In this document: one piece after another, positions 9,965-19,432 of the stretch
Numbering within the stretch: the stretch's first letter is position 1
Layout of the letters: each line of letters opens with the position of its first letter
IMG/VR virus record: IMGVR_UViG_3300033068_000713
Coordinates: 9,507 to 73,506 of that record
Direction: 5' to 3' (one strand)
DNA length: 64,000 nt
From: a virus
Taxonomy: Duplodnaviria; Caudoviricetes
Translations under genes and position numbers: made by a program
Notes under the pieces: generated by a model
What the model saw: the letters and a program-made list of their open reading frames with translations, nothing else
The model's database searches: none
What the model was told of the DNA's origin: nothing

Positions 9965-10285
9965 ATGGAAACGAAACATACCGCCCACGAAATCAGTATT
10001 GCGCAATCCAAGCAAGCCCTTGATACATCCGAATCCTCACTCCGCAATCTGGAGCAGAAGCGCCAAGATGGGAATGTGAACTGGCGCACGATTGACTCTG
10101 AACTGGAGTGCTCTGAAGCATTCGTCAAACTCTGCCGCGCTCGCTATCAGATGGCACTTCTCTCTCTTGATCTCTACAAGGCAGAGAATGAGCATAACGA
10201 CCTCTATCAGGCATTTGCTCGCGAACTGGACCGAGAATCAGAGCGCAAAGCAAGCGACGCACAAGCTTCCGCATTCCTCGCCTAA
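9965..10285 (+). CDS. early hypothetical coiled-coil protein
   Basis: METKHTAH..., start refined to ATG 9965. Confidence 0.7.
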   Translation: METKHTAHEISIAQSKQALDTSESSLRNLEQKRQDGNVNWRTIDSELECSEAFVKLCRARYQMALLSLDLYKAENEHNDLYQAFARELDRESERKASDAQASAFLA

Positions 10286-10311
10286 CCCCTAAGAAAGGAA
10301 ACGTAAAGACT

Positions 10312-10596
10312 ATGAACTCGCTTAAAATCTCCACCCTTGTACCTTGCTCCGACGGGAGAACATACCGTATCTTTGCTCGCAAGAGCATTGTTGCAGCCGT
10401 AAATCGATTTCACGCATATAAGCTAGGAATCGACGAATTGACCTCAATAGCAGAAGTAAGGGAGGAAAAACTCGTATCCCTAAAGGAAATTCGGTCTCGC
10501 CAACGAGCAAGGCGAGAAGATGCCGCTAGATGGTCAGAGTTTCTATTATCCCAGGATGAAGCGAAAACGCGAAGGAATTTCCCTTCCTACTTCTAA
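10312..10596 (+). CDS. early hypothetical protein
   Basis: 94-aa ORF. Confidence 0.65.
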   Translation: MNSLKISTLVPCSDGRTYRIFARKSIVAAVNRFHAYKLGIDELTSIAEVREEKLVSLKEIRSRQRARREDAARWSEFLLSQDEAKTRRNFPSYF

Positions 10597-10611
10597 ACCC
10601 ATCCCCGCCCC

Positions 10612-10650
10612 AGCCGCTTGCTCCCCTCACAAAGGACAAGCGGCTTCTTT
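10612..10650 (+). terminator. intrinsic terminator-like hairpin
   Basis: AGCCGCTTG...CAAGCGGCT followed by TCTTT. Confidence 0.55.
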
Positions 10651-10795
10651 ATGCCTGCACCACAGTCCACCTCGCTCCCAAATATCAGAGTATAGAGCGC
10701 AATCTGTTTGCATTAACGCGGTGTCGGTGCTGTTCATCCGAACCAAATCCCGCTTTCCAACTCTCAAATTCATCCCTGGAATCTCTCTTCTATAT

Positions 10796-10823
10796 TTGAC
10801 AAATAGTAAAGTTGCTTTATGTT
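10796..10823 (+). promoter_or_regulatory. sigma70-type early promoter, leaderless, with palindromic operator
   Basis: TTGACA-N16-TATGTT-N6-ATG(10830); TAAAG-TTG-CTTTA at 10807-10819. Confidence 0.8.
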
Positions 10824-10829
10824 GTCTGT

Positions 10830-11033
10830 ATGGAAACGAAAACTCAATCACTGGAACTTCTTCGCACCGTAACGGCTAAGGGCGAACGCTTTTACATTAA
10901 CAGCAAGCGCGTCAGCCGGGAGGCATTCATTACTGCCAAGTTTGGCCGTCGCCTTGACTGCTTTATCACCCGTGCAGATCGTTACGCGGTCCGTGATTAC
11001 TGCGTGGCATCTGGGAACATCTTCGCATCCTAG
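10830..11033 (+). CDS. early hypothetical protein
   Basis: METKTQSLELL..., start refined. Confidence 0.65.
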   Translation: METKTQSLELLRTVTAKGERFYINSKRVSREAFITAKFGRRLDCFITRADRYAVRDYCVASGNIFAS

Positions 11034-11120
11034 CCAACCCACCATCCGAATACCCGATTCTAACGCGCAACTGACTTGCATTAACAATCAAAACTAACTG
11101 TTCAACTGAACCTAAAGAGT

Positions 11121-11318
11121 ATGACAAACCAACAGTACAAAGAAGAAGTCAAAGACACTTTCAACAGGTGCGTGCAATTCCAGCGCGGACAAGCTCACCG
11201 TAAGCTCGGGTATGCCTGCTTGAGCACAAATGGCGCTTACCTGGACGGATGGTACTCTCCAGACAAGAGGATTCCCCCGTATGTGACGGAGCAAGAAATG
11301 GAAGATATGGGACTCTAA
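11121..11318 (+). CDS. early hypothetical protein
   Basis: 65-aa ORF. Confidence 0.6.
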   Translation: MTNQQYKEEVKDTFNRCVQFQRGQAHRKLGYACLSTNGAYLDGWYSPDKRIPPYVTEQEMEDMGL

Positions 11319-11344
11319 ACCATTAAGAAACTTTACTTTTCACT

Positions 11345-11372
11345 TTGACTTCTCCTCTCCCTGCCTTACCTT
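11345..11372 (+). promoter_or_regulatory. sigma70-type promoter, leaderless
   Basis: TTGACT-N16-TACCTT-N6-ATG(11379). Confidence 0.7.
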
Positions 11373-11378
11373 GACCTT

Positions 11379-11591
11379 ATGAAAACGAAAGCAATCGAAG
11401 ACAAGACAGCCCGCGAATACGCCACCCTTAAAGAGGTGCGCGAACTAGGATCACTCAGCAACCGGGACTTTCACGCTAAGATGAAGTCGCTCCACGACGA
11501 AAAGATTCAGGAGTACTTTAATGCAGTCCATGTGAAGGCTCCCGCAAACCTCCGCTGTGTCGCCCAACGCCTCTGGGAGAACCGGGGCTAA
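11379..11591 (+). CDS. early hypothetical protein
   Basis: 70-aa ORF. Confidence 0.65.
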   Translation: MKTKAIEDKTAREYATLKEVRELGSLSNRDFHAKMKSLHDEKIQEYFNAVHVKAPANLRCVAQRLWENRG

Positions 11592-11626
11592 TCCTCTTTA
11601 GTAAACCCGACAACCTAAAAGCAAAT

Positions 11627-11944
11627 ATGAAAACGACAGTAACCCAAAAGCTCGGCTCCGAACTTGCCGCAACCGCACAGCGGAAGGCCCTTTCGAAGTT
11701 CGTCCATCGTTTCACTAAAGACCACAAACCAGCCTGGGCGCGTGAACCAATGCCAAACGGCAAGCCTTACCCAGTTCAATTCGCATCTGACTCTGATTGG
11801 CTAGCCCACACGCATTTCTTCGTCAACCAAGATGGAACACTTAGCGCACGCCACAAGTATTGCATGAGTAATCCGACTTGGCCGGATAAGAACGCATCAC
11901 TCCTTGGTAATGTGAGCGCGTTGGAATTGAGCGAATCCCGCTAA
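11627..11944 (+). CDS. early hypothetical protein
   Basis: 105-aa ORF with FVHRFT.DHKPAWA...YPVQFASD.DWLAHT.F motif typical of phage early genes. Confidence 0.7.
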   Translation: MKTTVTQKLGSELAATAQRKALSKFVHRFTKDHKPAWAREPMPNGKPYPVQFASDSDWLAHTHFFVNQDGTLSARHKYCMSNPTWPDKNASLLGNVSALELSESR

Positions 11945-11982
11945 TAAACCGCACAAACGAAACTCAAAAAGAAAGCAAAGAC

Positions 11983-12243
11983 ATGAACAAAACACTTGAA
12001 GCTCTCGCAGACCAGATCAACGCAATCACTGGTAATCCCGCCAAGCCATACGAAAAGGCTGGAGACCGCTACGTTGCACAGATCGGCAATTATCACCTGA
12101 GCCACAACATCGGCGGCTATGCCCTTGAGCAAATAGCCAACAGCGGCGGTGGTGTTCGCACCATCCTGCATCGTGACAGCAAAGGTAAGATGGAATCTCA
12201 AATGAGGGCATTCATCGCAGGACTTGAAACCAAAACCGTCTAA
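11983..12243 (+). CDS. early hypothetical protein
   Basis: 86-aa ORF. Confidence 0.7.
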   Translation: MNKTLEALADQINAITGNPAKPYEKAGDRYVAQIGNYHLSHNIGGYALEQIANSGGGVRTILHRDSKGKMESQMRAFIAGLETKTV

Positions 12244-12248
12244 TTACG

Positions 12249-12467
12249 ATGCACTACATCCAAGGAAAAGGCTGGTTTGAAGTCGGCGGCAACAAGGTTG
12301 GCAGCATGCGTCAAATTAATCTTTGGCAAGCCCGTTCAGCCGGATACCACAACGACAGCTCCGAGTTTATGAAGCTGCGCGTTGAATCCAGAGTCTCTTA
12401 CGACAAGCTCTTGGAGGAATGGCATAAAGGGCGACGCATGAAGGAGAAGGCCGAAACGCTAACCTAA
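12249..12467 (+). CDS. early hypothetical protein
   Basis: 72-aa ORF. Confidence 0.6.
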   Translation: MHYIQGKGWFEVGGNKVGSMRQINLWQARSAGYHNDSSEFMKLRVESRVSYDKLLEEWHKGRRMKEKAETLT

Positions 12468-12545
12468 CCCTCCCCTGACACTCTGGCGGGTGACAGACGC
12501 TAGGAGTCAGTAGAGACCTAAACACAAATAGTAGAAATACACTAT

Positions 12546-12800
12546 ATGAAAGCACACCAACGCAAAAATCCAGCCCGCTCACTTCGTCGCCTTCACAAGC
12601 GGATCGAAAACTGCAACGACGCAATCCGAACAGCCGAAAGTGACGCCAAGGTTTACGAAATCCATTCTCGCGACCAAGCAAGGGAGGAGTCCGACAGGAA
12701 TCGTCTGCGCAACTTGGCTGCAAACCGCCGTCAGCTTGTGAACCTTAAGCATATCCAGCTTGAGGCCCTGACAAAATCCCTCGATGCCAGGCTAGCATAA
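12546..12800 (+). CDS. early hypothetical coiled-coil protein
   Basis: 84-aa ORF. Confidence 0.6.
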   Translation: MKAHQRKNPARSLRRLHKRIENCNDAIRTAESDAKVYEIHSRDQAREESDRNRLRNLAANRRQLVNLKHIQLEALTKSLDARLA

Positions 12801-12946
12801 TCCAGCCCAAGCAGGGGCGCGGCTGCACAACGCGCAACACATCTTCCATGAAACTCCTCGCAACCTCCCTCCTCATCGCTGCCGCCTACCTCTTGTACAA
12901 GGCAGATCAGTACTTTCTCTCACTTCCTACACCTTAGGCAATACCT

Positions 12947-13240
12947 ATGAAGACAAAAGAAATACTACAAAAAGCCAGAGACTTAATCTCAAAGCCGGAA
13001 AACTGGACTCAGCAACAATACGCGGCTAACAAAAGCGGAAGAACTGTTGACGAAAACGACCCGGCGGCATGCAAATGGTGCATAACGGGGGCTTTAATAA
13101 AAGTTGGAGATGATAAAGTTAAGGCTTGGAACTATCTCCACAAATTCCTTGGCATTTTTCCCGCCAACTTCAACGACAGCCACACTCACGCCGAAGTCCT
13201 AGCCACCTTTGACGCTGCCATAGCCTCTTGCGAGGATTAA
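12947..13240 (+). CDS. DUF6197-like phage protein
   Basis: L.KARDLI...ENWTQ..YA...C.WCITGAL...FND..THAEVLA.FD.AI pattern (recalled family). Confidence 0.6.
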   Translation: MKTKEILQKARDLISKPENWTQQQYAANKSGRTVDENDPAACKWCITGALIKVGDDKVKAWNYLHKFLGIFPANFNDSHTHAEVLATFDAAIASCED

Positions 13241-13245
13241 TACAT

Positions 13246-13419
13246 ATGACCCCCTCCGAATACCGCCAAGAGCGCAAACGTATCGGCCTCACCCAGCCCC
13301 AACTGTCATCCTTGGTTGGCGTCTCTCGCGTCACCATTAGCCAGCGGGAGAATGGGAAAGTGCCCATCACCAAAGAGGCCGCTATGGCAATTCAGTCACT
13401 TCCTAAAATCAATAAATAA
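13246..13419 (+). CDS. XRE-family helix-turn-helix regulator
   Basis: RKRIGLTQPQLSSLVGVSRVTISQRENG. Confidence 0.85.
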   Translation: MTPSEYRQERKRIGLTQPQLSSLVGVSRVTISQRENGKVPITKEAAMAIQSLPKINK

Positions 13420-13428
13420 ACCGGACAA

Positions 13429-13635
13429 ATGAAAGAAGATTTAACCATTAAGATTCCCTTGAGCCAATCAATCTTGGACGCTATCGCCCATCGTTACGGG
13501 CAGAAAACAGCAACTCAGAGAGACTACAGAGCTTGGGCTGAGGGCGCCATTGAGGCGACCTTAATGGACTTGATACAAGAAAAAGATGAAGCCAAAGACA
13601 AGGCCCGAGCAGTAATCGCCAAAGCCACCGAATAG
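13429..13635 (+). CDS. hypothetical protein
   Basis: 68-aa ORF. Confidence 0.6.
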   Translation: MKEDLTIKIPLSQSILDAIAHRYGQKTATQRDYRAWAEGAIEATLMDLIQEKDEAKDKARAVIAKATE

Positions 13636-13650
13636 AAAGAACCAAATACT

Positions 13651-14082
13651 ATGAATGGAGAGAAAACAGTGAAGCGATGGAAACCATTATTAAAACGTAA
13701 TGAATCAGAATTCCATGCTGTCCTCAAGCCTTCAATGGAAGAAACCGAAGAGATCGAAAACACTTACGTCCTCTTCTCCGACTACCAGAAACTGGAGGAG
13801 GAAAATGAAGGAATGCGCTTTGTAGCAGATAAACTGGCTTTTGTTGCTCAAGAATTTAACAAAACGAACAAAGCCCTCCGCGACCGCGTCAAGGTGTTAG
13901 AGGATGCGCTTGGTCGTATTGAAAAGTGGCATGGAGAGTTTCCCAAAACCGGACGCCAATGGAATGACGGAACTGAAATGTCTTACGCAGCCGCCTACGG
14001 CACTAACGGAGAACGCGACTACATGAGAGAAATTGCCCGCCTGGCCCTCAACCCACCAACAGGAAAGGAAACCGCACAATGA
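13651..14082 (+). CDS. hypothetical coiled-coil protein
   Basis: 143-aa coupled ORF. Confidence 0.7.
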   Translation: MNGEKTVKRWKPLLKRNESEFHAVLKPSMEETEEIENTYVLFSDYQKLEEENEGMRFVADKLAFVAQEFNKTNKALRDRVKVLEDALGRIEKWHGEFPKTGRQWNDGTEMSYAAAYGTNGERDYMREIARLALNPPTGKETAQ

Positions 14083-14399
14083 ACCAGTTGAAACGATACT
14101 CCATTTATCCCTACGCAGCCGGAACCAAAGCCTTCTGCGGCGAAAGGCTGGACGATCAAGGCCCGTATGTCCACGCGGAAGATGTTCTTGCTGTACAAGC
14201 TGAACGGGATCAGTTGCAGGAGCTGGTCGGTCAGATGCAGGATGCACTAAAGGTCTCCATTAATACCATAGAGAACTCTGACGCATGGTGGCTCGGAAGC
14301 CCTGACCGTGGAGGCATGGACGAAGACCTTTATATTAGCCTCATCACCCGAGCCGCCGCCCTCCTCCAACCAGAACCAAAGAAAGAAACGGAAGAATGA
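14079..14399 (+). CDS. hypothetical protein
   Basis: 106-aa coupled ORF. Confidence 0.7.
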   Translation: MNQLKRYSIYPYAAGTKAFCGERLDDQGPYVHAEDVLAVQAERDQLQELVGQMQDALKVSINTIENSDAWWLGSPDRGGMDEDLYISLITRAAALLQPEPKKETEE

Positions 14400-14650
14400 A
14401 AGTCTGGATCACAAAATCAGCCCTAACAAACGGTATTCAGGAAGTCGATGATGCAGAGATTTGCGAAGGCTCCTCCACGAACATGATTCGAGTTCCAAGT
14501 CTTGGGTGTCACCCGTACTTTCACGGAAAAGGCAGGGAATGGCATGATTCCAAGGAGTCGGCGTTAAAGAAAGCCGAGGAGATGCGAAAAGCTAAAATTG
14601 AATCCCTGTTTAAACAAATCTACAAACTAGAAGGAATGAAGTTTGAATGA
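14396..14650 (+). CDS. hypothetical phage protein
   Basis: MKVWITKSALTNGI..., coupled. Confidence 0.7.
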   Translation: MKVWITKSALTNGIQEVDDAEICEGSSTNMIRVPSLGCHPYFHGKGREWHDSKESALKKAEEMRKAKIESLFKQIYKLEGMKFE

Positions 14651-14835
14651 ACATTCAAGCCCAGACAGACCACCTTTTGGAAGCAACTTTAGCCTCCCTG
14701 GATGAGCAGATCAAAGAACTCTCGGAATACCGGGCCAAGATCGCAGAGGAGATCAACCTTCGCCGGATGAAATCCCACATCGAGGAGAATTCGCTAGATG
14801 GCACAAACACCATAGATTCTATCGTGGAATCGTAG
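14647..14835 (+). CDS. hypothetical coiled-coil protein
   Basis: 62-aa coupled ORF. Confidence 0.55.
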   Translation: MNIQAQTDHLLEATLASLDEQIKELSEYRAKIAEEINLRRMKSHIEENSLDGTNTIDSIVES

Positions 14836-14980
14836 GAGATCGGTCTATAAAATACCCTACTCTCGTTATAGGATTAGTATGCAAACTTTCCACAATCCTC
14901 AACACTCAACTATTTTAGTTGCAACATTGTAAACCATCGGCTATTACGTCATCACGTTACCCTAAAATAAGGAAAAGAAA

Positions 14981-15205
14981 ATGAAGAAAAAATACGAAAT
15001 CCAAAAAGGGGTTCAAATGCCCACAGTCGGAAGGAGCTTTGGCTCTTTCTGCCCATTTACCACCATGGAAGTCGGAGACGCTTTTGAATTCTCCCCGGTG
15101 GACGAGAAGCGCGTCATCGCCCTTGCTGAGTCTTACGGCAAGAAAAATGGAGCGGCCTTCTTCGTGAATGTCGCCGACAAAGCCTATTGCTGGAGGACTG
15201 CATGA
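14981..15205 (+). CDS. small putative DNA-binding protein (paralog of 30780-31025)
   Basis: I.KGV.MP...R...PF..MEVGD.F...WR pattern. Confidence 0.65.
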   Translation: MKKKYEIQKGVQMPTVGRSFGSFCPFTTMEVGDAFEFSPVDEKRVIALAESYGKKNGAAFFVNVADKAYCWRTA

Positions 15206-15552
15206 AAACAGACGCACAAATTGCCACAAGAATTGAGGAAATCGAGCAAAGGCGAATCAAGATCGCTGCGCTTATGAGACCTCTTGAAAAAGAGGATGGA
15301 CAGCTTCAAAGAGAGCTTGGCGACCTTCAATCTGAGCAGTACATCCGCATCAACGGCATCACCAAGGCCAATACGCAAGAGTCGAATGTTCCCGGTAAAC
15401 GGTTCGGCATCATTACCGAGTTTGGCAAATGGCTTGCCGTAAATCCAAATCACAGACCTTGGGCTGAGTGGAATGGCCGAATCTATCGCTCGTCCGATCT
15501 CATCAAGGGAAGAATGCCAGAGTCTCCAGCCTTATACGAAAGCTTGAAATGA
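15202..15552 (+). CDS. hypothetical protein
   Basis: start refined to ATG 15202, coupled. Confidence 0.65.
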   Translation: MKTDAQIATRIEEIEQRRIKIAALMRPLEKEDGQLQRELGDLQSEQYIRINGITKANTQESNVPGKRFGIITEFGKWLAVNPNHRPWAEWNGRIYRSSDLIKGRMPESPALYESLK

Positions 15553-15851
15553 AAACCGAAGACCTTCAAATCCTCATCGCCCAGCACTTCGACTACGCCG
15601 ATTCCGGCCAGTTTTTTTCAGGCAGCTACTTTCAACCCAAGCATTCCTCATCGCTGGAAATGCTGCTAGAGGAGCTTAATCGGGAAAACATGGATCGCGT
15701 TACGATTCTGGAATCCGAAAAGGCGCTTTTGGAGATCGAATGCGACGAACTCACCAAGAAAAACTCCACCGTCGAAGCCCTGGAGCAGACTATCGACAAG
15801 CTGCGGGCTTCTGTTGTTAATGCTAAAGCTGCACTGGAGGAGGGGGAATGA
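15549..15851 (+). CDS. hypothetical coiled-coil protein
   Basis: start refined to ATG 15549. Confidence 0.65.
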   Translation: MKTEDLQILIAQHFDYADSGQFFSGSYFQPKHSSSLEMLLEELNRENMDRVTILESEKALLEIECDELTKKNSTVEALEQTIDKLRASVVNAKAALEEGE

Positions 15852-16504
15852 AGGAATTGAACGAACAGATCAGAGAAGCCCTAAGCGTTGATCCCATTGC
15901 CGAAATGGAGAAGCGCATGGGGGTAAGTTACAAGGAGGATGAATCCGTTGTGTGGGCGTCTATGGCACTCTCTCAGCAGAATGCCAAAGAAAAGGAGGGG
16001 TTGCTCAAGCTGAACGACGATACCCATTGGGGGATCACAATCCCAGAGTTTAAGCGCCTATTGTCTCGCCTTGGATTTGAAATCCTTTTGGAAGACGCCC
16101 TTTCAAGCGGGGATGTATTTCGAGTGTGCTGGAATCCTGAAGGCTTACTTTTGGCAACGGACTCGTACTACGGTGACAAGAAGATCAACGGTGGGAATGT
16201 CTACTGCTTCTATAAAGGCGAGTATTCGGCTATAAACACCAGTGGCGGCGGAAGCGTTAGCCCAGAGGGTGACGATCTGTTTGCTGTGTCAAAAGACATT
16301 CGCGAAGGATTGAGGTTCTTCATTGAAGGCCTGAAGTCTGGGGGTGAATTTTTACCAATTTGGCCAAAAACTCCGTTTCTTTGGCTTCTTTCGTACGAGG
16401 ATTCAAAAGTTGAGGGTTATGATTTCAAGAAAATCACGCTCGACCGCATTCATCGGCTTCCTAAACATGTTCAAGACGCCATCCTTGGAGGCAAGTCGGA
16501 ATGA
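15848..16504 (+). CDS. hypothetical protein
   Basis: 218-aa coupled ORF. Confidence 0.75.
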   Translation: MKELNEQIREALSVDPIAEMEKRMGVSYKEDESVVWASMALSQQNAKEKEGLLKLNDDTHWGITIPEFKRLLSRLGFEILLEDALSSGDVFRVCWNPEGLLLATDSYYGDKKINGGNVYCFYKGEYSAINTSGGGSVSPEGDDLFAVSKDIREGLRFFIEGLKSGGEFLPIWPKTPFLWLLSYEDSKVEGYDFKKITLDRIHRLPKHVQDAILGGKSE

Positions 16505-17556
16505 CCATCACCCTAAACTCCAAATCCCTAGACGAAGCTCTCGCTCTAGGCCAGCGGATTGCGCCGTCAGGGGGTCAGCTTCCTGTGCTTTCGTGCTGTC
16601 ATTTCAATTCGATTGGGGGTGGATTAAGGCTGTCGTTTGATTCTGTAAATTCTCGCCTTGAAGTCCGATTAGACACACTAGGCAAAGAATCAACCGGGGA
16701 ATTCCTAGCTCCAATCCGCCATCTGCGAGCATCGCTTCATGCTGACGAAACCACGATTTCATTCAAGGATGGCTGGACTCATGTTAAATCAGGTGGAACC
16801 TCTCGTCTTGGGAGTTTGCCAGCGGATGAATTCCCCAAGCCTCGACACCAAATCCCCCGGCATAGTGTTGACGCCATTGAATTTTTACAAGCCTTGCGCA
16901 TTGGATCGGCCTGCTGCGGGGAAAGCAATTCGACTCCACCTTGGAAAACCGTTGTGCATTACGACGCATCTAAGGCCAGATTTGTTGCCGGGAATGGGAA
17001 CGCTTTCGCTTATTCACCTTGCGCTCTACTTTCGGAATCGACATTGAACCTCCCGATGGAGGCCGCTGCTGAGATTCTGTCCATTTTTTCGGATGAGGAT
17101 GACCTGAAGATCGGCATGGAAGGCTCTGATTTTACCGTGTGCAGCGATAGGGCGTCTTACTGGTGCAAGGGCTCATCTTGTGGATTTCCAGGTTCGTACG
17201 AGATCGCTTTTCAAGGCGAAGGGGAATCGGTGACGATTGAGCGGGAGCTGTTCATTAGTGCCCTCAAATCTCTTTCCGGCTTCCTGGATGGATTCGCCAA
17301 GGTGTCCATTACCCCACAGGAAGGCGTCTGGCAGCTTTCGGCATCGTCTGAAGGTGGAAATACCTCAGAAGTGCCTGTTAATGCCGCAGGGAGCGTTTCT
17401 GGGGAGTCTTTCATCATCCAAGGCCCAAGGCTGGCTCGATTGCTGTCACCATGGCTCTGCGACTCGATAACCGCGATTAAAACCAAAGACACGCTTCTGC
17501 TTAAGCCGTCTGTCGGTGCGCAGATGGGTGTTGTAACTTTAATGAGAAATCTATGA
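16501..17556 (+). CDS. DNA polymerase III beta sliding clamp-like protein
   Basis: 351 aa; three-domain length; LPVLSC, L..LPADEFP, V.IERELFI.ALK motifs of DnaN. Confidence 0.8.
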   Translation: MTITLNSKSLDEALALGQRIAPSGGQLPVLSCCHFNSIGGGLRLSFDSVNSRLEVRLDTLGKESTGEFLAPIRHLRASLHADETTISFKDGWTHVKSGGTSRLGSLPADEFPKPRHQIPRHSVDAIEFLQALRIGSACCGESNSTPPWKTVVHYDASKARFVAGNGNAFAYSPCALLSESTLNLPMEAAAEILSIFSDEDDLKIGMEGSDFTVCSDRASYWCKGSSCGFPGSYEIAFQGEGESVTIERELFISALKSLSGFLDGFAKVSITPQEGVWQLSASSEGGNTSEVPVNAAGSVSGESFIIQGPRLARLLSPWLCDSITAIKTKDTLLLKPSVGAQMGVVTLMRNL

Positions 17557-17888
17557 GCCCACAAGAAATCAATACCGCGATTGCGGAAATCCTAGATTGG
17601 AAACCAACAACTGACGGCGGAATCTCTTGGAATGCCGATGGCAACGCCATCGTTGAACCGCCAAACTATTTTGGGGATTTAAACCTCTGCGCGGAGTTCC
17701 GAAAGGACATCGTTAAAAACAAGCAGGCCGCACAATACGCGAGACAATTATCCAACATAACGGAAGCCTGCTGGTTTGAGAATGATGGCAGGTCGGGAGA
17801 TCAGGATCATGCCTCATTTATTATGGCGAACGCCTCTGCGCCGCAACATTGCCAAGCCTTCCTGCGAGTAAAGGGGGTTTGGAAGTGA
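17553..17888 (+). CDS. hypothetical phage protein (ABA-sandwich-like)
   Basis: EIN.AIAE..W...P.Y..DLN...A.A.Q.C.AFL pattern. Confidence 0.55.
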   Translation: MSPQEINTAIAEILDWKPTTDGGISWNADGNAIVEPPNYFGDLNLCAEFRKDIVKNKQAAQYARQLSNITEACWFENDGRSGDQDHASFIMANASAPQHCQAFLRVKGVWK

Positions 17889-18319
17889 AACTCTACCTAG
17901 GACTGGACCCTGGAAAGGGAGGTGCTGTTGCCTTCAACCCGGAAGAGGGGCAATCTTGGGCCATCAAGATGCCGGAAAACGACGCTGAATTACTTGAGGA
18001 ACTTCGCGCCTGCGCAAGAGAGTATGACTGCTTCGCCATGCTGGAGCAAGTCGCCTCTCGTCCAGGACAGGGGGTTTGCTCGGTTTTTACCTTCGGAGAG
18101 GGGTACGGGAAGCTGCAAATGGCTCTCCTGGCTTGCGGAATCCCGTTTGAGAGGGTTACACCTGGAAAGTGGCAGAAGGCGCTAGGATGCCTCACAAAAG
18201 GGGACAAGAATGTGTCCAAGAAGCGGGCGTCTGAGCTTTTTCCCCACATCAAAATCACTCATTACAATTCCGATGCATTGCTCATTTCGGAATACAACAA
18301 AAGAAACAGAACCAAATGA
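17885..18319 (+). CDS. RuvC-like Holliday junction resolvase
   Basis: GTG start; LGLDPGKGGA, LEQV, F.FGEGYG, VTP.KWQK, SDALLI. Confidence 0.85.
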   Translation: MKLYLGLDPGKGGAVAFNPEEGQSWAIKMPENDAELLEELRACAREYDCFAMLEQVASRPGQGVCSVFTFGEGYGKLQMALLACGIPFERVTPGKWQKALGCLTKGDKNVSKKRASELFPHIKITHYNSDALLISEYNKRNRTK

Positions 18320-18735
18320 AACAAGAAACGAAGACATTCACCCTCGAAACCCTGCTCACTGTCACCACGGGACGTCTTTTGACGGACATCGGAGACCTTT
18401 ACAAAATCCTTGGATGGATGACCAACGATGAGCCGTTCACACATCAACTCCCTCGCTTCGCAGAAGAGTGCAAGACTTGGCTTTATCACTGGTGGCCCGA
18501 ACTTGGCATCGCTGAAGCCAGCTTGGTAAAGCTCGATAAATGGCTAAGCGTTGACAACACCAACGGACCCGAAGCCATTAAAATGTGGAAGGCAGAACTC
18601 AAGATGATGCAGCCGGAGCTAAAGAATGAGTACGAGGTTCCACAGATTCACGTTGGAGATCACAAGCGGAAGAATCCCGCTGATGAGCTTGTCGATATGG
18701 TTGGGCCAGACAAAGTGATTAAAATCGAAATCTAA
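18316..18735 (+). CDS. hypothetical phage protein
   Basis: 139 aa, LLTVTTGRLL...Y.IL..MT....THQLPR motif. Confidence 0.7.
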   Translation: MKQETKTFTLETLLTVTTGRLLTDIGDLYKILGWMTNDEPFTHQLPRFAEECKTWLYHWWPELGIAEASLVKLDKWLSVDNTNGPEAIKMWKAELKMMQPELKNEYEVPQIHVGDHKRKNPADELVDMVGPDKVIKIEI

Positions 18736-18900
18736 AAAAATGAAACCCACCCGATACAACCGCCTCAAACGCTGGATCAACCGAGAAGAAGAACTCAAGG
18801 CTCCCGCTAAACCCAAGTCCATTCCAACCCCTGTCGGAGGAGATCGCGGTTCGATGCAGTCTGCTTTGGCCTGGGCCTCTCAGATAGTTAGGGGGATGGC

Positions 18901-19278
18901 GTGAGTACTCAGGTCAACCAATGGTTTATGTGGGGAATCAAAGTTCCTTACGAGTGGCACGATGAGTGGGAGAAAAAGAATCCCGATAAAGGCGAATTCT
19001 ACCCCTACTTCGAGTCATTTATGGATGATTCCGCCTTCACCTCGGGAGTGAATCACAAAGAAGGAATATTTTGCCTTTTCGATGGGCGAGACGGAAAATA
19101 TATTATCATTGGTCGGGTCTTTCAGAAGACCAGAGATGGGGATCTTTTGGGAGAACAAAAGCCATTCTCTCCACCCAAGTTGACCGAGCTTGAAAAAGAG
19201 CTAATCCAAACCTCTGTGATGAGGAACTTTGGATTGGAGGGTGCGTTCGATTACTGGTTTGTCACCCAACTGCGATGA
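18901..19278 (+). CDS. hypothetical protein
   Basis: 125-aa ORF, GTG start. Confidence 0.65.
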   Translation: MSTQVNQWFMWGIKVPYEWHDEWEKKNPDKGEFYPYFESFMDDSAFTSGVNHKEGIFCLFDGRDGKYIIIGRVFQKTRDGDLLGEQKPFSPPKLTELEKELIQTSVMRNFGLEGAFDYWFVTQLR

Positions 19279-19432
19279 TCTACCACTCCCTAACCTACAC
19301 CACCCTCCTCCTCTCCCTAGTCCTAGCCTGTCTTCTGCTTCGTGCGCTGCGGTTGGGACTGGAGAAGCGGAAGGAGTCTTGGAAATGGCCGGAAACCGTT
19401 TCAAAATTGCACGAATAGAAAGAAAACGAGAA

